64,000 bases of DNA, from positions 74,580-138,579 of the forward strand of contig PCAK01000032.1 in assembly GCA_002730525.1 (NCBI GenBank), written 5' to 3'. Under the pieces are notes generated by a model. The model saw nothing but the letters and a program-made list of their open reading frames with translations. It ran no database searches and was not told the DNA's origin. A program made the position numbers and the translations under genes. Below, piece by piece: positions 57,848 through 64,000 of this stretch (positions are counted from its first letter, which is position 1; every line of letters begins with the position of its first letter). Source of the DNA: Acidobacteriota bacterium (lineage in GTDB: Bacteria; Acidobacteriota; Vicinamibacteria; Vicinamibacterales; UBA823).

Positions 57848-59716
57848 ATGTCGCCCACAGGTGTTGCGGTCCAGGATGCCGCAGCCAGCCAGCCCGCCCG
57901 CCAGATCGTCAACGATTTCAATATTCAAGTCGCCACCGTGAACGGGTCTGGGAGCCAGACCGCGAACATGGTGCTCTTCCGGTCCATCTTCCAGATGGGC
58001 ATCCCGGTCTCGGGCAAGAACCTGTTCCCGTCGAATATTGCGGGGTTGCCGACCTGGTACACGATTCGGACGAGCAAGGACGGCTACGTCGCGCGGAAGC
58101 GTGAGATCGACGTGCTCGTCGCCATGAATAACGAGACGGCGCGCGACGACGTGATGGGCCTCGAGCCGGGCGCCACGGTCGTCTACGACGAGCCGATGCA
58201 GCTCGCCGCGCTCCGTGACGACCTCATTTTCTATCCGGTGCCGTTCGACAAGATCGTCGCCCAGGTCTGTCCCGACGCGAAGCTGCGCCGGCTCGTCCGC
58301 AACATGATCTACGACGGCGTGCTGGCGAGGTTGTTCGACATCGACATGGCACAGGTCGAGACGGCGCTCAACAAGCAGCTGGGCCGGAAGGTGAAGGCGC
58401 TCGCGCTCAACCAGGCGGCGATGAAGGGCGGCTACGACTACGCGACCGAGCACCTGACCAAGCAGGATCCGTTCGTGCTCGAGTCGATGGGGGGCTCCGG
58501 CGACAAGATTCTGATCGACGGGAACGCCGCCGGGGCGCTGGGCTCGTTGATGGCCGGCGTGACCGTCGTGGCGTGGTACCCGATCACGCCGTCGTCGTCC
58601 CTGTGCGAAACGCTCATCGACTACCTGCGCAAGTACCGAATCGACAAGGAGACCGGCAAGGCGACCTTCGCGGTCGTGCAGGCCGAGGACGAGGTGGCGG
58701 CCATCGGCATGACGCTCGGCGCAGGCTGGGCCGGCGCGCGGGCGATGACCTCGACGTCGGGTCCTGGGATCTCCCTGATGGCCGAGTTCACCGGCCTGGG
58801 CTACTACGCCGAGGTGCCGGCGGTCATCTTCGACGTGCAGCGCGTCGGTCCGTCGACCGGGCTGCCGACGCGGACGGCCCAGGGCGACATCCTGTCGACT
58901 GCGCTGCTGTCGCACGGCGACACGAAGCATCTGCTGCTCCTGCCGTCGTCGATGGCCGAGTGCTATTCGATGGCGATCGAGGCGTTCGATCTCGCCGAGC
59001 GGTTCCAGACGCCCGTGTTTGTCATGAGCGACCTCGACCTGGGGATGAACGCCTGGGTGTCGGAGCCGTTCGAGTGCCCGACTGAGCCGCCCGACCGTGG
59101 AAAGTTGCTCGACGCCGAGACGCTGAAACGTCTCGGCGAGTGGGGCCGGTACCGGGATGTCGACGGTGACGGTATCGCCTACCGGTCACTGCCGGGCGAT
59201 GGGATGCCGGCGTATTTCTGCCGGGGGTCGGGGCACGACGGTGACGCCGGCTACAGTGAGCGGGCCGATGACTACGAGAACAACCTGAATCGGCTCGCGA
59301 GAAAGTTCGAGACAGCGCGATCGGTCGTGCCGGGCCCGGTGACCGAGCGCGAGGGCGACGGGAAGGTCGGCGTGCTGGCCTACGGAAGCACGCATTGGGC
59401 GGTGGTCGAGAGTTGCGACCAGTTGGCGCGCGAGGCCGCCCTGGCGCCGCGCTATCTCCGGCTGCGGGCGTTCCCGTTTACGGACGAACTGACCGCCTTC
59501 ATCGACCGGTGCGACCGGGTCTACGTCGTTGAGCAGAACCGCGATGCGCAGATGCTGTCCCTGATGCGGATGGAGATGTCGCCGGAGCGGATTGCCAAAC
59601 TGCGGAGCGTCCTGCATTACGGCGGGCTGCCGATCGATGCACGCAGTATCACCGACGCCATCCTGGCCGGCGAAGGGCATGCCCTGGCGCCGGCGAACGG
59701 CGACTTGAAGACATAG
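57848..59716 (+). CDS. korA: 2-oxoglutarate:ferredoxin oxidoreductase, alpha subunit (fused alpha/gamma type)
   Basis: 622 aa ORF with ATVNGSGSQTAN and GNAAGALGSLMAGV..WYPITPSSSL, which are 2-oxoacid:ferredoxin oxidoreductase motifs. It is adjacent to sucCD. Confidence 0.9.
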   Translation: MSPTGVAVQDAAASQPARQIVNDFNIQVATVNGSGSQTANMVLFRSIFQMGIPVSGKNLFPSNIAGLPTWYTIRTSKDGYVARKREIDVLVAMNNETARDDVMGLEPGATVVYDEPMQLAALRDDLIFYPVPFDKIVAQVCPDAKLRRLVRNMIYDGVLARLFDIDMAQVETALNKQLGRKVKALALNQAAMKGGYDYATEHLTKQDPFVLESMGGSGDKILIDGNAAGALGSLMAGVTVVAWYPITPSSSLCETLIDYLRKYRIDKETGKATFAVVQAEDEVAAIGMTLGAGWAGARAMTSTSGPGISLMAEFTGLGYYAEVPAVIFDVQRVGPSTGLPTRTAQGDILSTALLSHGDTKHLLLLPSSMAECYSMAIEAFDLAERFQTPVFVMSDLDLGMNAWVSEPFECPTEPPDRGKLLDAETLKRLGEWGRYRDVDGDGIAYRSLPGDGMPAYFCRGSGHDGDAGYSERADDYENNLNRLARKFETARSVVPGPVTEREGDGKVGVLAYGSTHWAVVESCDQLAREAALAPRYLRLRAFPFTDELTAFIDRCDRVYVVEQNRDAQMLSLMRMEMSPERIAKLRSVLHYGGLPIDARSITDAILAGEGHALAPANGDLKT

Positions 59717-59758
59717 CGTTCGAGACCGATAGGTAGAGTGAGGCAGGTACCGGAGTCG

Positions 59759-60802
59759 ATGGCCACCACAGCTTCTTCGTCAGGCAAGAAAGTCAATAGG
59801 ATCGGGCTCGAGTTGCAGCCCTACCGGGGCAGCAAGACCACGCTGTGCGCCGGGTGCGGCCACAATGCCATCTCGGAGCGGGTCATTCACGCGTTCTACG
59901 AGATGGGGATCGAGCCAAGCCGCGTCATCAAGCTCTCGGGTATCGGCTGTTCGAGTAAGAGCCCGGCGTACTTCCTCGGGGGATCACACGGCTTCAACGG
60001 GGTCCACGGCCGGATGCCGTCGATCGGGACCGGCGCCGTCATCGCGAATCAGCAGATGATCGCCGTCGGGACCTCGGGCGACGGAGACACCGGTGCGATC
60101 GGCATCGGCCAGTTCGTGCATCTGATGCGGCGCAATCTGCCGATCATCTACATCATCGAGGACAACGGTTGCTACGGCTTGACCAAGGGCCAGTTCTCGC
60201 CGACGGCCGACGTCGGTTCGAAGCTCAAGACCGGTGTCGTGAACGATCTGCCGCCGATCGACACCTGCGCGCTCGCCATCGAGCTGGGCGCGTCGTTCGT
60301 GGCGCGCTCCTTCTCGGGTGACAAGAAGCAGCTCACGGCGGTCCTCAAGGCCGCGCTCAGCCATCGCGGCACGGCGATGCTCGACGTGATTTCGCCGTGC
60401 GTGACCTTCAACGACCACGTCGGATCGACGAAGAGCTACGCCTACGCGCGGGACCACGACGAGCCGCTGGGTGAGATCGACTTCATCCCGTACTTCCAGG
60501 ACATCGACGTCGAGTACGAGGCCGGGTCCTCGCATCTCGTCAAGATGCACGACGGCTCGCAATTACTGCTCAAGAAGCTCGAGGCCGAGTACGATCCGAC
60601 CGACCGTCTCGAGGCGATGCGCATTCTTCACGAGACGAGCCGCCGGGGCGAGTTCGCCACCGGTGTGATCTACGTCGAGCCCGACAAGGAAGATTTCATC
60701 GAGTTGCTGAATCTCGTGGATGAGCCGCTGGCCACTCTGCCGCTCGAGCGCGTGCGACCGCCGAAGGCCGTGCTCGACGAGATCATGGAGGAGCTCCGCT
60801 AG
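59759..60802 (+). CDS. korB: 2-oxoglutarate:ferredoxin oxidoreductase, beta subunit (TPP-binding)
   Basis: It has TLCAGCGHNAI and GDGDTGAIGIGQFVH (TPP motif). ATG 59759 is preceded by GGAG; GTG 59738 is an alternative. Confidence 0.9.
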   Translation: MATTASSSGKKVNRIGLELQPYRGSKTTLCAGCGHNAISERVIHAFYEMGIEPSRVIKLSGIGCSSKSPAYFLGGSHGFNGVHGRMPSIGTGAVIANQQMIAVGTSGDGDTGAIGIGQFVHLMRRNLPIIYIIEDNGCYGLTKGQFSPTADVGSKLKTGVVNDLPPIDTCALAIELGASFVARSFSGDKKQLTAVLKAALSHRGTAMLDVISPCVTFNDHVGSTKSYAYARDHDEPLGEIDFIPYFQDIDVEYEAGSSHLVKMHDGSQLLLKKLEAEYDPTDRLEAMRILHETSRRGEFATGVIYVEPDKEDFIELLNLVDEPLATLPLERVRPPKAVLDEIMEELR

Positions 60803-60844
60803 CACCTGGTGTGGCGGCGGTCGTTCTCGCGGAAAGGTTCTCAG

Positions 60845-60869
60845 GCCGCGCCCACGCGCGGCTTTTTTT
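60845..60869 (+). terminator. Rho-independent terminator after korB
   Basis: GCCGCGC-CCAC-GCGCGGC is followed by TTTTTTT (60863-60869). Confidence 0.75.
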
Positions 60870-60904
60870 GTGTCACGGCTCCCGAAGGGAGCGAGGCGGA
60901 AAGG

Positions 60905-60910
60905 TATAAT
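60905..60910 (+). promoter_or_regulatory. Consensus TATAAT 8 nt upstream of ndk ATG (candidate -10, leaderless or near-leaderless mRNA)
   Basis: TATAAT is at 60905-60910, followed by cggccacc and ATG 60919. There is no SD and no good -35. It lies downstream of the korB terminator. Confidence 0.35.
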
Positions 60911-60918
60911 CGGCCACC

Positions 60919-61338
60919 ATGGAGCGGACGTTGGCGATCATCAAGCCCGATGCGGTGGCGGCTCAACACGTGGGCGCCATCCTCCAGCGCATCGAGGGCG
61001 CGGGATTCGAGATCCGAGCGATGCGTCTGGTGCGGCTGTCGCGGGCCGACGCCGAGGGGTTCTACGCCGTGCACCGCGAACGGCCGTTCTTCGGTAGCCT
61101 GACGGCCTTCATGTCTTCGGGGCCGGCGGTGGCGCTCGCGCTCGAGGCGCCCGAAGCCATTCGAAAGTGGCGGGAGCTCATGGGAGCCACCGACCCGGCC
61201 AAGGCCGACGCCGGCACCATCCGGCGCGACTTCGGCGGCTCCATCGAGCACAACGCCACACATGGCTCCGACGCGCCCGAGACGGCGGCGTTCGAACTGG
61301 CCTATTTCTTCGCCGGCGTGGAACTCGCCGGAACCTAG
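60919..61338 (+). CDS. ndk: Nucleoside diphosphate kinase
   Basis: It starts [13 protein letters not shown] and contains the NATHGSD catalytic His motif. Confidence 0.95.
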   Translation: MERTLAIIKPDAVAAQHVGAILQRIEGAGFEIRAMRLVRLSRADAEGFYAVHRERPFFGSLTAFMSSGPAVALALEAPEAIRKWRELMGATDPAKADAGTIRRDFGGSIEHNATHGSDAPETAAFELAYFFAGVELAGT

Positions 61339-61374
61339 GACTGGGTGGGAGCCCGCGGGAGCCTGACCTCCGAG

Positions 61375-61929
61375 ATGACAATCAAATCAGACCGTTGGAT
61401 TGCCCGGATGGCGAACGAGCACAAGATGATCGAGCCGTTCGTCGACACCCAGGTCCGGAGCGGCGTGATTTCGTACGGGCTGTCGTCGTACGGATACGAC
61501 ATCCGCGTGGCCGACGAGTTCAAGATCTTCACCAACATCAACAGCACGGTGATCGACCCGAAGTCGTTCGATCCCCGTTCGTTCATCGATCTGCGGGCGT
61601 CTGAGTGCATCGTGCCGCCCAATTCGTTCGCGCTCGCGCGCACGGTGGAGTACTTTCGGATTCCGCGCGACGTGTTGACAGTGTGCCTCGGCAAGTCGAC
61701 CTACGCGCGCTGCGGCATCATCGTCAACGTCACGCCGTTCGAGCCGGAATGGGAAGGTACGGCGACGCTGGAGATTTCCAACACGACGCCGTTGCCGGCC
61801 AAGATCTACGCGAACGAGGGCATCGCGCAGGTGCTGTTCTTCCAAAGCGACGAGGCGTGTCAGACATCGTACGCCGACAAGAAGGGCAAGTATCAGACGC
61901 AGCAAGAGGTGACGCTCCCGAAGATCTAG
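61375..61929 (+). CDS. dcd: dCTP deaminase
   Basis: It starts MTIKSDRWI and contains [18 protein letters not shown] and LEISN. ATG 61375 is preferred over the ORF-track start at 61345. Confidence 0.95.
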   Translation: MTIKSDRWIARMANEHKMIEPFVDTQVRSGVISYGLSSYGYDIRVADEFKIFTNINSTVIDPKSFDPRSFIDLRASECIVPPNSFALARTVEYFRIPRDVLTVCLGKSTYARCGIIVNVTPFEPEWEGTATLEISNTTPLPAKIYANEGIAQVLFFQSDEACQTSYADKKGKYQTQQEVTLPKI

Positions 61930-62035
61930 TCGGGGACATCGGAGAAGACTGGCCGGTTTTGACCGGCTCATGAGCTTGCGCTAAAATTCACGAGGGTTTG
62001 GGCCTCGCGCGAGGCCCCAGCCCGACCTGTCAGAC

Positions 62036-62968
62036 ATGGAGAAACTCGACGAGCGTGATGACACGCAGGATGGCGAGGCACGGTCCGTGCCGGCGCTCGC
62101 CGTGCAGTTCTTCGTCATCCCGCTGGTCGTGGTCGCGGCCGTTGTTACCGTGTATGGGGGGTTCCGCTGGCTGCTCGATGACGTCAGGACCCCGCAGGAG
62201 TATCTGAACGATATTCGCGCCGGCGGCAGGGAACGCCGCTGGCCGGCCGCGTTCGAGCTGTCGCGGCTGATGGCCGATCCCGAGGTGCAGGCGGCCGAGC
62301 CGACGCTTGGTCCCGCGCTCGTCAGGGCCTTCGTCGAGTCAGAAGGGGACGACCCGCGGGTGCGGCGGTATCTGGCGATGGCGGTGGGCCAGTTGCTGAC
62401 GCCGCCGGCCGACGCGGGGGCGAGCCTCGTCGGCGCGCTTGACGATTCGGAGAGCGAGACCCGGATCAGCGTCATCTGGGCGCTCGGATCGCTCGGCGAT
62501 GCCAGCGTGGTGCCGGAACTCGCGAAGATGTACGCGTCCGACGATGCCGGCGTGAGGAAGATGACGGTATACGCGCTGGGGGCGCTCTCGGGCGACGCGC
62601 AGATCGACACGTTGCGCACGGCGCTGAACGATACGGCGCCGGACGTGCAGTGGAACGCCGCGGTGGCCCTGGCACGCCACGGCAACGCGGAGGGCGTGAC
62701 CGTGCTCGGCCGGATGCTGGACCGCGCCTACGTCGAGCGCATTGCGGAGCCGGCCGCCGGCGTCGGAATCGACGAGAGCGATCGGGTCGGCGATGTGATG
62801 ATCAGCGGCCTGAACGCCGTGGCCGCCCTCGATGCCGAGGGGTTTCGCGAGTCGGTGGTCCAGTTGAGCCAGGAAGACGAAAGCCTGCGTGTCCGGCAGG
62901 CGGCCATCGAGGCGCTGGCCGTACTCGACGCACCGGCCGCCGAACCGGAAGGGCAGGCACGACGCTGA
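62036..62968 (+). CDS. HEAT-repeat protein with N-terminal TM segment
   Basis: It contains repeated units of the type D.....VR..A..ALG.LGD...V..L. The N-terminal hydrophobic helix is FFVIPLVVVAAVVTVYGGF. Confidence 0.75.
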   Translation: MEKLDERDDTQDGEARSVPALAVQFFVIPLVVVAAVVTVYGGFRWLLDDVRTPQEYLNDIRAGGRERRWPAAFELSRLMADPEVQAAEPTLGPALVRAFVESEGDDPRVRRYLAMAVGQLLTPPADAGASLVGALDDSESETRISVIWALGSLGDASVVPELAKMYASDDAGVRKMTVYALGALSGDAQIDTLRTALNDTAPDVQWNAAVALARHGNAEGVTVLGRMLDRAYVERIAEPAAGVGIDESDRVGDVMISGLNAVAALDAEGFRESVVQLSQEDESLRVRQAAIEALAVLDAPAAEPEGQARR

Positions 62969-63021
62969 TTCCTCGGACGAACGTCCATTCATAACTTCGC
63001 GAGCGCAAGAGAGTAGATTCC

Positions 63022-63672
63022 ATGGCAGACGAACCCAACGCACCGGCGTCCGGCACTCCGGCTCCGAAGCCGGCCCCGCCGACCGTGCCCGCGAGTCTGG
63101 CCGGCAAGACGACCTCGGCGGCGGCTGCGCCGCGGCGAGCGGCGGCGAAGAAGAAGGTCGAGGACGACACGTCGCCGCTGCTGTCGCGCCGCGGCTGGCT
63201 CGGACTTGCCTGGGGTTCGTTCACAGCGGCCTCGGCGGCAGCCCTGGCGGCCACCGGGCGCTTCATGTTTCCGAACGTCCTGAACGAGCCGCCACAGCAG
63301 TTCAGGATCGGGTTCCCGGACGAGTACGCGCCGGGTGTCGACGAGCGATGGAAGGATCGATTCGGCGTTTGGATCGTGCGGACGCCGAGCGACGTCGTCC
63401 AGGAGGCCGCAGGCTTCTACGCGCTCCTCGTGACCTGCACCCACCTGGGGTGCACCCCCAACTGGCTGTCGGCGGAGGACAAGTTCAAGTGTCCCTGCCA
63501 CGGCAGCGGTTTCCGGCCGACCGGGGTCAACTTCGAAGGGCCCGCCCCGCGGCCGCTCGAGCGGGCGCGCATCGTCCTGGCCGAGGACGGTCAGATCCTG
63601 GTGGACAAGGCGCAGAAGTTCCAGTTCGAGCTCGGACAGTGGGCCGACCCTGAATCGTTCCTGCGCGTGTGA
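63022..63672 (+). CDS. Rieske [2Fe-2S] subunit of a cytochrome bc-type complex (Tat signal)
   Basis: It has the twin-arginine motif LLSRRGWLG and the Rieske boxes CTHLGC and CPCHGS. It is followed by cytochrome b. Confidence 0.9.
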   Translation: MADEPNAPASGTPAPKPAPPTVPASLAGKTTSAAAAPRRAAAKKKVEDDTSPLLSRRGWLGLAWGSFTAASAAALAATGRFMFPNVLNEPPQQFRIGFPDEYAPGVDERWKDRFGVWIVRTPSDVVQEAAGFYALLVTCTHLGCTPNWLSAEDKFKCPCHGSGFRPTGVNFEGPAPRPLERARIVLAEDGQILVDKAQKFQFELGQWADPESFLRV

Positions 63673-63711
63673 TGACCGACGCGAGTGTCGTAGGCAGAGT
63701 TTCGAGTTTTC

Positions 63712-64000
63712 ATGGCTGATACAAAGACCGTCGCTCCCAAGGAGGGCGCCCTCGAGCGCTCGTGGAACTGGCTGACCGAGACGCAGATCTGGAAATCGGT
63801 CTTTCGCCACAATGCGCCTATCACCGACCGCAACCGCGTGCTGGTCGTGTTGTCGAACGTCTTCCTGCATCTGCATCCGGTGCGGTTGAGGAAGTCGGGC
63901 GTGCGGCTGCGCTACACCTGGTGCATGGGGGGATTGAGCTTCTTCCTCTTTCTGACCCTGACATTCACCGGTGTGCTGCTGATGTTCTACTACCGGCCGA
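63712..64000 (+). CDS. Cytochrome b (N-terminal part, truncated by window end)
   Basis: Hand translation from ATG 63712 gives MADTKTVAPKEGALERSWNWLTETQIWKSVFRH...VLSNVFLHLHPVRL...YTWCMGGLSFFLFLTLTFTGVLLMFYYRP. It is not in the ORF track because the frame is open-ended. Confidence 0.85.
   Translation, partial: MADTKTVAPKEGALERSWNWLTETQIWKSVFRHNAPITDRNRVLVVLSNVFLHLHPVRLRKSGVRLRYTWCMGGLSFFLFLTLTFTGVLLMFYYRP

Noticed and set aside
63014-63019. TAGATT as a -10 box for a leaderless Rieske gene.
   Set aside because: It lies only 2 nt from ATG 63022, too close for a transcript that begins at or before the start codon. The upstream AGAGAG may instead serve as a weak SD.

Overview
High-GC, densely packed bacterial chromosome segment that is mostly housekeeping. 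I count about 70 protein genes and one tRNA. I saw no rRNA, CRISPR array, transposase, integrase or phage genes.

Gene order, left to right:
- rimM (partial)-trmD-rplS-rnhB.
- A TPR protein with an apparent frameshift, then a ThiE-like gene, a RodZ-like gene and a second frameshifted gene.
- (minus) GHMP kinase-PolX-72 aa ORF.
- A tightly coupled murein recycling/synthesis operon: nagZ-ldcA-mpl-pxpB-pxpC-murB-murA.
- (minus) rhodanese, a degenerate PolX/PHP paralogue, lolA and a lipoprotein TPR-secretin.
- A SAM methyltransferase, an unlisted 48-aa zinc-ribbon ORF, tRNA-Ala(CGC) and pfkA.
- (minus) rplM-rpsI-rpsB-tsf-pyrH-frr-thrC.
- Type IV pilus genes pilMNOPQ plus a TPR gene, then pepP-accB-accC-thiE.
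- (minus) two Na+ symporters, then folD.
- (minus) the Kdo/LPS operon kdsB-pyrG-kdsA-kdsD-kdsC-lapB-coaE.
- An orphan PilP-like ORF, then (minus) serA.
- The TCA block icd-mdh-sucCD-korAB, then ndk, dcd, a HEAT protein and Rieske/cytochrome b, which is cut by the window end.

The Kdo/LapB/LolA genes, two secretins, KorAB and high GC imply a diderm, possibly Acidobacteriota-like organism. This is inference only.

I do not see a clear-cut novel defence or mobile system. The most unusual items are:
- An orphan lipoprotein TPR-secretin fusion translationally coupled to lolA, with a PilP-like orphan elsewhere in the window.
- A second PolX/PHP paralogue with a degenerate polymerase motif and no canonical start codon for its N-terminal segment.
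- pxpBC embedded in the murein operon.
- MurA with Asp at the fosfomycin-target Cys position.
- Two homopolymer-associated frameshifts.
- Recurring -10 boxes placed 5-8 nt from start codons, which suggests leaderless or very short-leader mRNAs.
- A repeat-rich serA-icd intergenic region.

Many long antisense ORFs in the ORF track are high-GC artefacts.
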